Source: an uncultured delta proteobacterium
GTDB lineage: Bacteria > Desulfobacterota > RBG-13-43-22
Assembly (NCBI GenBank): GCA_963790475.1
Contig: CAWBOS010000015.1
Location: 544,001-608,000 of the forward strand
Length of the DNA stretch: 64,000 nucleotides
Direction: 5' to 3'
In this document: one piece after another, positions 1 through 11,309 of the stretch
Layout: each line of letters begins with the position of its first letter
How positions within the stretch are numbered: the stretch's first letter is position 1
Program-made: the position numbers and the translations under genes
Notes under the pieces: generated by a model
Told to the model about the DNA's origin: nothing
The model's database searches: none
What the model saw: only the letters and a program-made list of their open reading frames with translations

Positions 1-649
1 ACATATTTTCCTTTCGGAGCTGTCTTTAGATATTCTTCATATTTTTTTCTGGCCCCTTCGTAGGCCTGTTTAGCTAACAGGGCATCGGCTTCCTTGTAAA
101 TTTCATCCGCTGTTGGCTTGGCCTTCTCTTTTTCTTTGACCGGTTCTTTAACTTCTTTCTGATCCTCTTTGGGTTCGCGCGTTATTTCTTTGGCCTTTTC
201 CGGTTTAGGCCCCGAATCGGTTGGCGTAGAAGGGGGGGAGGCGGCGGCGGAGAGGGTTTTTCCAGCCGCTGCAGGCGGGCCTGGAGGTCCTTCATCTCCT
301 TGGCCAAGGAGTCGCTAAGATAGGTCTGCTCTTTTTTTTGGTTATGTTCCAGGGCTTCGATTCGGCCTTGTAAGGTTTCAATCTGACTTCTGATGGACTC
401 CCCTTGGACAGTAGCATCGGCTTGATTCTGAAGGATGGGCTGGAATTGGGAATCCAACTTTCTTTCAGTTTGGTCTATCTTTTTGGACAAAACGGCCTTG
501 TTTTCTTCTTGGGAATCTCTAACCTGAGCCAGGGACCGTTCCAAGGAAGAGGTCCTGTTGGCCAGAATGATGGCATCCTCCCTGGTAGCACAACCGGAGA
601 GAACCATGAAAAGGAACCCCACCAATATCCAATTTTTTTTTATTTTCAC
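1..649 (-). CDS. cpoB: Tol-Pal system protein CpoB/YbgF, apparently frameshifted near 232-238 and running off the window edge
   Basis: Lipoprotein-type signal (LSGC) and a coiled coil in ORF 182..712, probable GTG start at 649. After the G7 run another frame reads ...ADEIYKEADALLAKQAYEGARKKYEEYLKTAPKGKY, a TPR-like segment typical of CpoB. Lies directly after pal. Confidence 0.75.
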
Positions 650-673
650 TCTCCAACCTCCCTGGGGAAAAAT

Positions 674-701
674 CCGTTCGTCGTTGATCGTTCGGCGTTC
701 G
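674..701. repeat. Four degenerate 7-bp units (consensus near TCGTTCG)
   Basis: ccgttcg tcgttga tcgttcg gcgttcg read directly. Confidence 0.5.
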
Positions 702-868
702 GAGAACCCCACGCTGCGCGCCTAAAAAGATCATTTCGGTTTTAAAATAAAAACAGGGTTTAAGGATCCCAGAAAGTTAATAGTTTGATGCACAGTATTA
801 AGGTTTGCGATTCTCCTTAGAAATTGAACTTTTTCTGATCCTTTGTCAGAGGCCTCTCTTTTATCGTT

Positions 869-1459
869 CTATTTCAGGACAAAATGCGCCCGGCGGTTTT
901 TGGCCCAGGCGGCCTCGTTGGATCCCGTATCTAATGGTTTTTCTTTGCCGTAACTGACCGTTGAAATCCGGTCGGCGCTGATCCCCAGAGAAACCAGGTA
1001 TTGCATAGCGGCATCGGCCCTTTTCTGCCCCAGGGCCAGGTTGTATTCGGCGCTTCCCCTTTCGTCACAATGGCCTTCAATCAGGGCCTTGGCTGCCGGG
1101 AAGTTCTTTAACCATTGGGCTTTTTTATTCAGATTTTGTTTGGCCGTATCGGAAAGAATATATTGGTCAAATTCGAAATAGATGTCCTCGGATTCAAAGT
1201 GAGACTTATCGGAAGCTTCCTTCAAACGCCGGGCCTCTTCTTCCCTCAAGGCCTTTTCCCTTAAGGCCTGTTCGGAGGCCTCCTGTTCTTTAATGCGGAC
1301 ACGCTTTTTGGTTTTTTCCGCCTCGTCCTCCGTGGCGCTCGGGGGTTTGGAAACAATCCCTTCACTTTTAATTGCCTTTTTGCCGCAGGAAAAAAGAAAA
1401 AGACTGGAAACAAGAAATAGGATAATCAATAGTCCGAAACCGGCTTGTTTTGCTTTCAC
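869..1459 (-). CDS. pal: Peptidoglycan-associated lipoprotein Pal
   Basis: Lipobox LFSC; OmpA-C motifs IYFEFD, IEGHCDERGSAEYNLALGQKRA, SYGKE, NRR; tol operon context. Confidence 0.95.
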   Translation of the reverse strand: MKAKQAGFGLLIILFLVSSLFLFSCGKKAIKSEGIVSKPPSATEDEAEKTKKRVRIKEQEASEQALREKALREEEARRLKEASDKSHFESEDIYFEFDQYILSDTAKQNLNKKAQWLKNFPAAKALIEGHCDERGSAEYNLALGQKRADAAMQYLVSLGISADRISTVSYGKEKPLDTGSNEAAWAKNRRAHFVLK

Positions 1460-1545
1460 AGCACTATCCTCCTCTTTGAAATAAAAATAGGCTCTCTTTA
1501 TTTTATTATGAATGAGTTTATACTATCTCTGAATAATACCAAAGC

Positions 1546-1643
1546 GTCATTCCCGAAAGCTTGGGCCCCGACCGGATCGGGGAAAGGGAATCCGGCAGTT
1601 CAAGCAGTGTTAATCGACCCGGAACCCACCTTGGCGGAGATGG
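1546..1643. repeat. Degenerate copy of the GTCATTCC palindromic REP/MITE family A
   Basis: gtcattcccgaaagc...gggaatcc arm with an internal hairpin (ccccgaccggatcgggg). Confidence 0.4.
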
Positions 1644-1728
1644 TTGTTTTTTTATCTTTTTAGAAATCGTCTTATTGTATCTTATTTTCTAAGGGAATTA
1701 TAGAAAAAAGTAAAAAAAAACAAAAAAC

Positions 1729-3048
1729 TTACTCATCAAATTTCTTGGGACACCAGGAAGGACTGAACTGTTCCCCGGGTAAAAAGGTAATCCTTTTTTG
1801 ATTGGCCCCATTGGAATTCATGACATAAACAGCAGACTTGCCGTGTCTATTGGAACTAAAGACAATCATCCCTCCTTCCGGGGAGAAATCGGGAGACTCA
1901 TTATTTCCTGAAGCGGTCAACTGTTGGAGATCCCCCCCGGAAGCGGAAATGGTGAAAATTTGGAAGTGGTTTCCAACCCTTCCGGCATAGGCGATCAGGT
2001 TGCCTTTAGGTGACCAGACCGGGCCAACATTATAATTACCCTGAAACGTCAGTCGTCTCACTTCTCGGGTGCCGACATTCAAAATATAAATCTGTGGACT
2101 TCCGGAGCGATTGGAGACAAAGGCCAATTGTTTCCCGTCCGGAGACCAGGAGGGAGAGACGTCGATTCCCCAACTCTGGATCAATTGGCGGATCGAAGTT
2201 CCATTGCGGCTCAACTGGAGGATCTGGGAATTGCCTTTATAGTTCAAAGCCACCGCCAGAGATTCCCCGTCCGGATACCAGGCTGGGGTGATATTGACCC
2301 CGGGACGACTGGAGATCCTGCTGGATTGCAACCCTGGAAGACGGAGCAGATATACGGCCGGGGTCCCGTCTTTATAAGAAGTATAAGCGATTTCATCCCC
2401 TCGAGGAGACCAGCGTGGGGTAAGGGTAATGGAATTGTGATGCGTCAATCTTTTGGAATTACTGCCATCAAAATCAGCGGAATAGATTTCTTTCTTTCCC
2501 GCGATGGTGGAGACAAAGGCGATCCGGGTTTGGAAAGGGCCGTGTTCTCCGGTCAGCAGGAAAAGGATCTCGTCGGCAAAGCGATGGATCGCTCTGGGGT
2601 ATTCCTGGGTTGCAACCATAAATTCTTTTCCCAGAATTGATTTGCCCTGAAGAAGATCGTAAAGACGCATCTCCATCTTTAGTTGGGACCCTTCCTGACG
2701 GTAAGTCCCTTTGACCAACAAATCGGCGCCGGTCATGGTCCAGGCATTGAAATCGACCGATCCCGGTTCTTCGGAACGGCCCAAAAACCCTTTGGGGTCT
2801 ATCATTTGGAAATAGCCGGTAAAATCAAGATCCTTCATTAAGAGGTTCGCTGCCGTATTCCCCAGGGCGGCATCAGGGGCTCCCTGATTTATCAAACCCG
2901 GGATAACGATCGGGATCTTTTTGGCGGTGGGAGAATCGATGTCAATATAAACCTTGGCGAAAAGGGGATAAGGGAAGGCCCAAGAAACCAGTCCGCTTAT
3001 AATCAGCATCCCCAGGAACAGGTAAAATTTAAACAATAATTTGCACAT
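1729..3048 (-). CDS. tolB: Tol-Pal beta-propeller protein TolB
   Basis: N-terminal TolB domain (DLDFTGYF, HRFADEI, TRIAFV) followed by repeated PxWSPDG PD40 units. Confidence 0.95.
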   Translation of the reverse strand: MCKLLFKFYLFLGMLIISGLVSWAFPYPLFAKVYIDIDSPTAKKIPIVIPGLINQGAPDAALGNTAANLLMKDLDFTGYFQMIDPKGFLGRSEEPGSVDFNAWTMTGADLLVKGTYRQEGSQLKMEMRLYDLLQGKSILGKEFMVATQEYPRAIHRFADEILFLLTGEHGPFQTRIAFVSTIAGKKEIYSADFDGSNSKRLTHHNSITLTPRWSPRGDEIAYTSYKDGTPAVYLLRLPGLQSSRISSRPGVNITPAWYPDGESLAVALNYKGNSQILQLSRNGTSIRQLIQSWGIDVSPSWSPDGKQLAFVSNRSGSPQIYILNVGTREVRRLTFQGNYNVGPVWSPKGNLIAYAGRVGNHFQIFTISASGGDLQQLTASGNNESPDFSPEGGMIVFSSNRHGKSAVYVMNSNGANQKRITFLPGEQFSPSWCPKKFDE

Positions 3049-3903
3049 TTATTTTCCAGACAAGTCTTTGGAGTGAAAAGTTAAAAAAAACTCGTAACTA
3101 TTTTTTGGATATCCTTCCGGTAATGGAGGTAAGGGAGAGGATTTCTTTAAAGTGCGCAGCACTTCCTGGTCAAAAACCTCTATCCCGGATTTTCGCTCGA
3201 ACCGGAAATCTTCTATCTGGCCGTTCCGGTTGACTCGAACCATAAGATCGGCAGAGATATCATTTCCTTTTCGGAGCCCCTCAGGCAAGCCCCAGTTTCT
3301 TTTAATCCGGCTGACCATTGAGGCTTGATACAGTTGGAATTGAATTCCCAAACTGTCCGATCCTCCCGGCACGGAAGAAGTGACGTTCCCCGGCCCCCCA
3401 GAGCCGGTTCCTGTCCCGGTTGCGGAAGACGACTGCCTTTTTTTCTCAAGTTGAGCCAGGGCCTTGTCAAGGTTCAGTTCATCTTTTACTTTGTTTTCCA
3501 GACGATTTATATTTTTTTCCAGGGATCTTTCCTTCTGCACCTTTTGTTTTAATTTTTCCATGGCCTGATCCAAAGTCTTAGATCGGTCTTCAACCGGGAG
3601 GGGCTTTTCCGGAACCGGTTTGGGTATAGGAATAGGTTTGGGTTCCGATCGAGGGGGCGGAGGGGAAGGGGCGGCGACAGCTTCTTTTATCTTTGAGTTA
3701 TTGCCGATCGCTCCGCCGGCGGGCAAGGAGACCAGATCGACGTAATAGGCCGGTTCCAGCTTTTTTCCCGCCCCGCCTTTTGGAAAAACGTTCAGAAAAA
3801 GTCCCAGGATCAAAAGATGCAGTCCAAGAGAAATAAAGACCATTTTCATCCATTGGTTTTCCCAGGAAGGGGCTTTCCAGGAGGAAAATGTTTTGGGGGT
3901 CAT
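3049..3903 (-). CDS. tolA: TolA/TonB-family protein
   Basis: N-terminal TM helix with SLGLH motif, Pro-rich and coiled linker, TonB_C-like end (RIKRNW, SG..FD, PLPPLP); between tolR and tolB. Confidence 0.85.
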   Translation of the reverse strand: MTPKTFSSWKAPSWENQWMKMVFISLGLHLLILGLFLNVFPKGGAGKKLEPAYYVDLVSLPAGGAIGNNSKIKEAVAAPSPPPPRSEPKPIPIPKPVPEKPLPVEDRSKTLDQAMEKLKQKVQKERSLEKNINRLENKVKDELNLDKALAQLEKKRQSSSATGTGTGSGGPGNVTSSVPGGSDSLGIQFQLYQASMVSRIKRNWGLPEGLRKGNDISADLMVRVNRNGQIEDFRFERKSGIEVFDQEVLRTLKKSSPLPPLPEGYPKNSYEFFLTFHSKDLSGK

Positions 3904-4313
3904 TTTTTTTCTTCACCCGGTTCAGTTACCATTCCCAATTTTTCAATTCCTGCATTTTTGATATCGCTCATAATTTGAATAACAAAACCGTAGGGAAGGG
4001 ATCGGTCGGCCCGCAAAAAAACCTCTCCTTCCTTTTTGTTTTGGTAAAGGATTTTTAATTTTTCCTGCAGTTCACTGCGGTTGACCCGATATTCATTGAT
4101 AAATATCTCCTGATTTTTATTCAAGGAGACCACCAGACGTTCATCCCGGGAGGAGATCGCCTTGGCCTTGGTTTGGGGGAGTTGGACATCCATGCCCTGC
4201 ATCATCATGGGTGCCGCCACCATAAAGATGATCAGCAGGACCAACATAACGTCTACCAAGGGCGTTACGTTGATTTCCGACATCAATTTTTTATCTCCGC
4301 CGCCGACATCCAT
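3900..4313 (-). CDS. tolR: TolR/ExbD protein
   Basis: SEINVTPLVDVMLVLLIIFMV signature and LRAD motif. Confidence 0.95.
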   Translation of the reverse strand: MDVGGGDKKLMSEINVTPLVDVMLVLLIIFMVAAPMMMQGMDVQLPQTKAKAISSRDERLVVSLNKNQEIFINEYRVNRSELQEKLKILYQNKKEGEVFLRADRSLPYGFVIQIMSDIKNAGIEKLGMVTEPGEEKK

Positions 4314-4322
4314 AAGTCAACC

Positions 4323-5060
4323 TTATTTCTTTAACCCGGCCTTTTTGTATTGGTCCCTCTCAATAATGTTTAAAAAATCGGAGGAAAAATTATTCATTTC
4401 CGATTCCAGGACCCTTACCTGGTTGGAAAAATAGTTATAGGCGATTACCGATGGTATGGCGGCCGCTAACCCGGCGGCTGTGGCGATCAGGGCCTCGGAG
4501 ATCCCCGGGGCGACCACAGCCAGGTTGGCCCCTCCCCGGAGACCGATGCTATGGAAGGAATTCATGATCCCCCACACCGTACCGAAGAGCCCGATGAAAG
4601 GGGCGGTATTTCCGGTAGTGGCCAGAAAAGTCAGGGCGTAACCCAGACGGGTGACCTGAGAATTCATGGCCGCCCGCATGGCCCGGGGAATATTTTCAAA
4701 GCGAATCAAACTGGTGGACAGAATATCCGGGGACTCCCTTTGGGAGTTCTCCCCGGTTTCCTGCTGCATCTTATACAATCTCCCCAATTCCTGATACCCG
4801 ACCCGAAAAACTTCAGCGACAGGACTGTATTGGAGATCCTTGGACTCGGTATAGGCTACGGCCAGACTTTTGCTTTTCCAAAAAATATCCTGAAAGAGAT
4901 TGGTCTCCCTCCTGGCCCGGTGGACGACCCGGTATTTCATAAAGATAATGGACCAGGAGATGATGGAAAAAGCCAGCAGTAAAAAAAGGACCAGCTTGAC
5001 TATGGGTCCGGCGTTCCAGACCATGGAAAAAATTTCATTTTGACTAACGATAGAAAACAT
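4323..5060 (-). CDS. tolQ: TolQ (MotA/TolQ/ExbB family)
   Basis: TAPFIGLFGTVWGIM and VAPGISEALIATAAGL motifs. Confidence 0.95.
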   Translation of the reverse strand: MFSIVSQNEIFSMVWNAGPIVKLVLFLLLAFSIISWSIIFMKYRVVHRARRETNLFQDIFWKSKSLAVAYTESKDLQYSPVAEVFRVGYQELGRLYKMQQETGENSQRESPDILSTSLIRFENIPRAMRAAMNSQVTRLGYALTFLATTGNTAPFIGLFGTVWGIMNSFHSIGLRGGANLAVVAPGISEALIATAAGLAAAIPSVIAYNYFSNQVRVLESEMNNFSSDFLNIIERDQYKKAGLKK

Positions 5061-5329
5061 GGATTCACTTTCTGGAAATCAGATCGAACATCTTACCGTT
5101 ATTCTTAAATACATTTAGTCGATAGCGGCCTAGTAGAAGTTAAATAAAGAGTGAATAAAAATTTTCAAGTCCTTTGAGATCCAAAGCACGACCTTAAAAT
5201 GAACCTTGAATAAAATTGAACCTTTTCAAAGCCTTCAATTGATCATCGGATAGGGTCCCCGGTAGAAGACGAGTCCTAAAAAAAGGGACCTCCAGGTTCC
5301 AAGATTTTCCCTGAAGTCCAAACACGTTA

Positions 5330-5767
5330 TTACTCCTCTTCCTCCTCCTCTTCCATTTCTACTTCTATCGGCTCCTCTCCAACAATTTCCTTGAGGTATT
5401 CACCATATTCTTCGGCCGTCAGCATTTCATAATAATCCGTGGTGGCCGATACGTCAATACGGAGGATCCAACCGTCCTGATAAGGGTCTTCATTAATGAT
5501 TTCCGGAGAATCCAGGAGTTCCTGGTTAATCTCGACAATTTCTCCGTTCAGAGGAGAAAAGAGGTCCGTCACCTCTCCCTGGGATTCTAAGGAACCAAAA
5601 GACTCATCTTTGACCACCTCATCCCCTTCTTCGGGGAGGTTAATCCCAGAAATATCCCCCAGCTCTTCCTGGGCAAAATCACTGATTCCGATGGTGATGC
5701 GGTTGTCGTCATCCAAGCGAGCCCAGGCATGATCCTTACTGTATCTTAGCTCTTCTAAGATAACCAA
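5330..5767 (-). CDS. Glycine-cleavage H-like protein lacking the lipoyl-lysine, with an acidic tail
   Basis: YSKDHAW, GISDFAQEELGD and INEDPYQDGW are H-protein motifs, but the lipoylation site reads GSLESQGEVTDL rather than ESVKA; ends in poly-E. Confidence 0.8.
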   Translation of the reverse strand: MVILEELRYSKDHAWARLDDDNRITIGISDFAQEELGDISGINLPEEGDEVVKDESFGSLESQGEVTDLFSPLNGEIVEINQELLDSPEIINEDPYQDGWILRIDVSATTDYYEMLTAEEYGEYLKEIVGEEPIEVEMEEEEEEE

Positions 5768-6149
5768 AATGTTCCCCCTTCTTTACGTGGATTAAATTCT
5801 TTCCATCGCTTAACTCCGAGAATTTAATTCTTATTTATTATCAAACCTTATCCTGTCCGACTGATGAACGGTCCAAACGAAAAATGATAGGGTTTTCGCC
5901 GAATCCCATTTAACGGGACCTAAAGACAAACATTTTTTCTTTTTAAACTGAGGTCTAATATAACCAAGTAAAATTAGCAAGTTTTTTTTTAGCTGTGACG
6001 GATTTTTCTGTTATTTAAATAACAAGTCAGAATTATTGGAAAAAAGACCAGGAAAATACTGACCTACTGCCTAATAGATTCCCCGGTTGTCTCCTCTGTG
6101 GAATTCCAAGACCCAAAGACCTATGCCGTATAAAAAAAGTTAGAAAAGG

Positions 6150-6418
6150 AAGATCATTTAGAAATCCAAACTTCCTCCTCAAACCTTGAAAAAATTTAGG
6201 GGGTGTCAAGATAATGGGGATAATTGGTTATTACAAAAAGGAGTCGAGACCCGACGATGGCCGAAAGGATGATATAAAAGGTCCCGGACTCTCGGCTGGA
6301 ATCCCTTTTCGGCGGACTTCTTTGACGTCCAGCTCCTGCAGAAAGCTGACAGCAATAAAAAGGGCATAACTGTGAACGGTAACGCCCCGACATGAAAGAG
6401 AACCGGGAACACTATCAC
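6150..6418 (-). pseudogene. lgt: Decayed 5' remnant of prolipoprotein diacylglyceryl transferase
   Basis: Fragments in different frames: VFPVLFHVG..., FYIILSAIVGSRLLFVITNYPHYL, then PLNFFKV*GGSLDF* matching the Lgt PLEIFKVWEGGLVFYGG motif with stops. Directly follows lspA. Confidence 0.7.
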
Positions 6419-6897
6419 CCCTCTTTCATAAACAAATAACCAAAGGCCAGGAAAAGAACTCCCAGGGTGATGGCTGAGTCGGCCACGTTAAAGGCCGGCC
6501 AGTGATAATTCCCCCAGTAGATATCTAAGAAGTCGATTACCCCTCGAAACCGGAGACGGTCGATCAAATTTCCCAGGGCGCCTCCCAGGATCCCGCCTAA
6601 AGATAACAAAATTCCGGCTTTTTTTTGAGGATAACTAAAAGTGAAGATCAGGATACCGGACATGGCGACGATAGGGAACAGCAGCAATAAGATATCTCTC
6701 CAGACCGGGGCCGCCCCCCCCAAGATTCCAAAAGCCACACCTTTGTTTTGAATATGGATTAAATTGAACAGGCCGGGGATTACGGGTCGGGAGGAATATA
6801 AGGGAATATGGGTGATGATATATCCCTTAGTCAGTATATCCAGGATAAGCACTCCGAGAAAAGAAAGGCCTAAAAACCAGTACTTTTTTATGCCCAT
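6415..6897 (-). CDS. lspA: Lipoprotein signal peptidase II
   Basis: DILTK, NKGVAFG, GALGNLIDR, VIDF, WPAFNVADSAI motifs; downstream of ileS. Confidence 0.95.
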   Translation of the reverse strand: MGIKKYWFLGLSFLGVLILDILTKGYIITHIPLYSSRPVIPGLFNLIHIQNKGVAFGILGGAAPVWRDILLLLFPIVAMSGILIFTFSYPQKKAGILLSLGGILGGALGNLIDRLRFRGVIDFLDIYWGNYHWPAFNVADSAITLGVLFLAFGYLFMKEG

Positions 6898-6967
6898 GAG
6901 GATCCTTTGATCTCCTTAGAATATTCCTTTATTTTCGATGCAGAGAATTCGTTTCCAACTTTTTCAA

Positions 6968-7027
6968 TTGGAGTGATGGAGTATTGGATTTTTCCAAGCC
7001 ATTATTCCAGTACTCCAATACTCCAAT
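6968..7027. repeat. Inverted patch of 8-bp units (TGGAGTAT / ATACTCCA) between ileS and lspA
   Basis: ttggagtgatggagtattgg ... ccattattccagtactccaatactccaa read directly. Confidence 0.6.
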
Positions 7028-7083
7028 CTAATTGGGCTAATGTAATTTACTCCGGATTTAAAAACATAAATTATAAATGGCCG

Positions 7084-9873
7084 CTAGCTGTTAATGGCCT
7101 TATGACACCGGGAACAGATGGTCGGATGTTCCGGAAAACTGCCGACCTCGGTTCGAAAATTCCAGCATCGTTCGCATTTTTCTCCACTGGCCTTTTCGAT
7201 CCGGATGATTAGACCGGGCAATTCCGAACTGGAGAACCCTTCCAACAGCACAGATTGAGAATGGATCTCGACTTGAGAGACAATAAAAAGAGTCGGCAGA
7301 AACTCGGCATAAGGCTTGAGGGCCGGTTTCAGGGAATCCGGCAGGAGAAGAATCACTCGGGCATCCAGGGGATTGCCGATGAGCTGGGAACGACGGGCTT
7401 GTTCCAGGGCCTTGGTCACCTCGGCCCGCACGGCAAGCAGGACCGACCATCGTTGATCCAATTCTTCATCTCCCAGAGTCAGGTTAAAATCCGGGAACTG
7501 AGTCAGATGGACACTTTCGGCCTCTTTATCGGCCTCAGGAAGACAGGACCAGACCTCCTCGGCAGTAAAGGATAAGACAGGGGCCATCAATCGTACTAAG
7601 GCCTTAAGGATGATCAGCAGGGCCGTTTGGGCCGACCTTCGTTCCCGGGACTTGGGGGCCGAAGTATAGAGACGGTCTTTGAGAATATCCAGATAAAAGG
7701 CGCTTAGTTCATTGGTACAGAATTGATAGAGGGTGTGATAGACCACATGAAAATCATAGTGCTCATAGGCCCGTCTGACCCGGGTGGTCACTTTCTGCAA
7801 TTGAAGCAAGGCCCATCGATCCAGCTCTTCCATGTCTTTGATGAGCACCTGGTCCCGGGAAGATTGAAAATCGGAAATATTTCCCAAAAGAAAGCGGCAG
7901 GTGTTACGGATACGGCGATAGGCCTCGGTCAGTTGCTGGAGGATATTCTGGGAAATGCGGATGTCATCCCGATAATCTTCGGAGGAAACCCAAAGTCGTA
8001 TTATTTCCGCCCCGTATTTTTTAATGACTTCCTCGGGATGGGTGACATTGCCCAGAGATTTGGATTCTTTCTTGCCCTGGACGTCCACCAAAAAACCGTG
8101 GGTCAACACCGCCTCATAGGGGGCTTCGCCCCGGGTCCCCACTGCAGCCAGCAGGGAACTGTGAAACCAGCCCCGGTGTTGATCGCTCCCTTCCAGATAT
8201 AGATCGGCCGGTGCACCCAGGTAGGGACGTGCCTCGAGGACCGCGGCATAACTAACCCCGGAATCGAACCAGACATCCAGGATATCGGTTTCTTTTCGAA
8301 ACCGGGTACCCTGACAATGGGGGCAAATGGTCCCGGCCGGGAGGAGTTGTTCTTCCGAGGCAGAAAACCAGATATCGGTTCCATGCTTCAAGACCTGGGC
8401 CTCCAGGTGGTTGAGGATCTCTCTGGTGATGATCCAGTTGTTGCAGTCTTGGCAATAAAAGACCGGAATAGGGACCCCCCAGGACCGCTGGCGGGACAGG
8501 CACCAGTCCGGGCGGTTTTCCATCATGCTGTAAATCCGGTTACGACCCCAGGCCGGCATCCAGGTCACCCGATCGATCTCGGCCAAAGCCTTTTTTCTAA
8601 GATCGTTGGTTTCCATGGAAAGAAACCATTGTTCGGTGGCCCGAAAGATCACCGGCCTTTTACAACGCCAGCAATGGGGATAGCTGTGGGTGATGGTTTC
8701 TTCACCCTTTAGTGAACCGACTTCCCGCAGTTTTTCTTTTACCGTGTCATTAGCCTCGAAGACGAATTGGCCGGCGAAAAATCCGACCTCGGGCAAAAAC
8801 CGGCCTCCATCGTCTAACGGAGAATAGACGTCCAGATGATAGCGCAGCCCACTTTCGTAGTCTTCCTGACCGTGACCGGGGGCGGTATGGACGATCCCGG
8901 TGCCTTCTTCCAGGGTCACATAAGGGGCCAGGATCATCAGGGACTCCCGGTCATAAAGGGGGTGCCGGGCTTTTTTGCCCTCTAAAACCCGTGGTTCCAG
9001 TCCGGTCAAAATCTGGGGATTTTTCCAGGAAAGCTTAGGCCCCACCCTTTCTAAAAGCTCCCTGGCCAGGATATAGACCTCGTCACCTTCCTGAACGGCC
9101 ACGTACTCAATGTCAGGATGGAAGGCCAGGGCCAGGTTGGCCGGAATGGTCCAGGGGGTCGTGGTCCAGATCAGGACCGAGACCTTTTTGTTCTTTAAGA
9201 CCGGATAAGTCCCGGTCAAATCGGAGAGCAGAGGAAAAGCGACAAAGATCGATGGTGATGTATGGGATTCGTATTCCACTTCCGCCTCGGCCAGGGCCGT
9301 TCTGCAGGAGGTACACCAATAGATGGGTTTTTTACTTTTGTAGATACTTCCCTGCAAGGCAAAGCGTCCGAACTCACGGATGATAACCGCCTCATAAGCA
9401 TAGTTCATGGTCAGATAGGGGTTGTCCCATTCCCCCAAAACCCCTAGCCTTTTAAATTCCTCCCGCTGGATGTCGATGAATTTCTCGGCATAGGCCCGGC
9501 AACGCTGCCGGATTTCCGTTTGGGAAAGGGTCTTTCTTTTCGGCCCCAATTCTTTGTCCACCTTATGTTCAATGGGCAGACCATGACAGTCCCAGCCCGG
9601 CACATAAGGGGCGTCAAAGCCCGACATCTGTTTGGATTTAATAATGATATCTTTTAATATTTTGTTGAGGGCCGTGCCCATATGGATATGGCCGTTGGCA
9701 TAGGGGGGACCGTCATGAAGGATGAATTTTTTCCGGCCTTCGGAAGATTCCCGGATTTTCCGATATAACTGCATACCTTCCCAATGCTTCAGCCATTCCG
9801 GCTCCTTTTGGGCCAGGTTGGCTTTCATGGGAAAATTGGTTTTTGGCAGATTTAAGGTTTCTTTGTATTCCAT
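7084..9873 (-). CDS. ileS: Isoleucine--tRNA ligase (type 1)
   Basis: [12 protein letters not shown] start after a [44 protein letters not shown] (KMSKS-like), C-terminal CERCW...CSRC zinc finger. Confidence 0.97.
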   Translation of the reverse strand: MEYKETLNLPKTNFPMKANLAQKEPEWLKHWEGMQLYRKIRESSEGRKKFILHDGPPYANGHIHMGTALNKILKDIIIKSKQMSGFDAPYVPGWDCHGLPIEHKVDKELGPKRKTLSQTEIRQRCRAYAEKFIDIQREEFKRLGVLGEWDNPYLTMNYAYEAVIIREFGRFALQGSIYKSKKPIYWCTSCRTALAEAEVEYESHTSPSIFVAFPLLSDLTGTYPVLKNKKVSVLIWTTTPWTIPANLALAFHPDIEYVAVQEGDEVYILARELLERVGPKLSWKNPQILTGLEPRVLEGKKARHPLYDRESLMILAPYVTLEEGTGIVHTAPGHGQEDYESGLRYHLDVYSPLDDGGRFLPEVGFFAGQFVFEANDTVKEKLREVGSLKGEETITHSYPHCWRCKRPVIFRATEQWFLSMETNDLRKKALAEIDRVTWMPAWGRNRIYSMMENRPDWCLSRQRSWGVPIPVFYCQDCNNWIITREILNHLEAQVLKHGTDIWFSASEEQLLPAGTICPHCQGTRFRKETDILDVWFDSGVSYAAVLEARPYLGAPADLYLEGSDQHRGWFHSSLLAAVGTRGEAPYEAVLTHGFLVDVQGKKESKSLGNVTHPEEVIKKYGAEIIRLWVSSEDYRDDIRISQNILQQLTEAYRRIRNTCRFLLGNISDFQSSRDQVLIKDMEELDRWALLQLQKVTTRVRRAYEHYDFHVVYHTLYQFCTNELSAFYLDILKDRLYTSAPKSRERRSAQTALLIILKALVRLMAPVLSFTAEEVWSCLPEADKEAESVHLTQFPDFNLTLGDEELDQRWSVLLAVRAEVTKALEQARRSQLIGNPLDARVILLLPDSLKPALKPYAEFLPTLFIVSQVEIHSQSVLLEGFSSSELPGLIIRIEKASGEKCERCWNFRTEVGSFPEHPTICSRCHKAINS

Positions 9874-9953
9874 ACAGCCTCCAGTAAAATGTCTCTTGCT
9901 TTTCCTTATCATAACAGAGGGATAAGTCAAGGAGAAAGCAAATAATTCTTGAT

Positions 9954-11309
9954 TTAGCCCATCAGCCCTTTGGACTTAACCTGTTGGATATGTTTTATAT
10001 TGTTTTTCCTGAAGACCACTCCTTCCAGAAAGAAGGCGGTGAAGATACCGGTGACAAACCCGTTTCCCAAAAGGGGTCGCAAAGTCACAGGGAAGGTGTC
10101 GATGATTCCGACCGGCAAAAAGGCCACAATCGTTCCCAGAAGAAGGGGCAGGCCGATGACCAGTCCTGTCTCAACCTGAGACCCGCCTTCCGATTTCGAC
10201 ACCAGGACTATTCCGGCTCCAACCTGAAAACAGAGGATGTAGAGCAGAACGCTTCCGATGATCACCGGAGGGACGATTCCGATCACCCCTATTGCCGCTG
10301 GTGAAAAAGATAACAGAAAAAGCAAGATGGAGGTCGGGATAAGGGTATACCTGGAAGCACAATGGGTAGACAAAATCACTCCGGGGCTCATGGAAAAATT
10401 AACCGGTCCGATAACCCCGAAAAAACCGGCCAGGATATTAGCTATCCCGGTAAAGGTGATCCCTCGATTTATTCTTTGCGGCATGAGGGAGGGATTCAGA
10501 ATATCTTCCAGCGATTCAATCGAACCCAGGTCATTGATCGAAAGGGCCAGGAAACAAAAGAGGACCGAAATAAGGACCCCCGGCTCGAAAGAAAGGTTTG
10601 TGACGAGATGTTGGCCGAAGAAGGAAACAGGGGCTAAGCCGGCAATGTTTCCGATGGTCCATTCCTCGGGGAAGATGAGAAAATAAGCAATGCTGCCAAA
10701 AAACATGGCCCAGATAATAAGGGTCGACTTCCAGATTCCTTCCAGTTTTTTTTGAAGAACAATCATTCCCAGAGTAAGCCCGAAGGCAAAAAAGAGGGTG
10801 GCCGATGGTGCGGACCGGCCACTTGATCTGGTGATCAGATTCATGACCGTGGGCAGTAAGGTGAAGCCGATAAGCAAAAGGACAACGGCCACGACCCGAG
10901 GGGTGAAAAGCTTCCGAAGATGACCGAAAAGCCCGGTTGCGCTGCAAAGGGCCAGGACCAAACCCCCGATCATCATGGAGGTGTAAACGGCCTCAAAGGC
11001 AAAACCTCTGCTGGCGATAACGCCGATGAGCAAGACGGTCGAAGGTCCGGCGATGAGGGGCAGTCGATGGCCCCAAAGAACCTGGAAGAAGATGGTCAGG
11101 GCCATGACAAAAGACATTTTTTGCAGATAAATGACCTGATCCAGAGGACTGGTGAAGTGGACCCCGCCGACGATCTTCCCAATAATGAGAATGGAAGGGA
11201 GGGCGATAAAAAGCCATTGAAGGCCCAAAAGCCAATTTTCTGCAACAGGAAGTTTATCGTCAAGACCATATTTGAACTGCACGAGTCCTCCTTTACAGCG
11301 TTGTACCAT
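9954..11309 (-). CDS. Xanthine/uracil/ascorbate permease family (NCS2) transporter
   Basis: YGLDDK..., [16 protein letters not shown], multiple TM helices. Confidence 0.8.
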   Translation of the reverse strand: MVQRCKGGLVQFKYGLDDKLPVAENWLLGLQWLFIALPSILIIGKIVGGVHFTSPLDQVIYLQKMSFVMALTIFFQVLWGHRLPLIAGPSTVLLIGVIASRGFAFEAVYTSMMIGGLVLALCSATGLFGHLRKLFTPRVVAVVLLLIGFTLLPTVMNLITRSSGRSAPSATLFFAFGLTLGMIVLQKKLEGIWKSTLIIWAMFFGSIAYFLIFPEEWTIGNIAGLAPVSFFGQHLVTNLSFEPGVLISVLFCFLALSINDLGSIESLEDILNPSLMPQRINRGITFTGIANILAGFFGVIGPVNFSMSPGVILSTHCASRYTLIPTSILLFLLSFSPAAIGVIGIVPPVIIGSVLLYILCFQVGAGIVLVSKSEGGSQVETGLVIGLPLLLGTIVAFLPVGIIDTFPVTLRPLLGNGFVTGIFTAFFLEGVVFRKNNIKHIQQVKSKGLMG

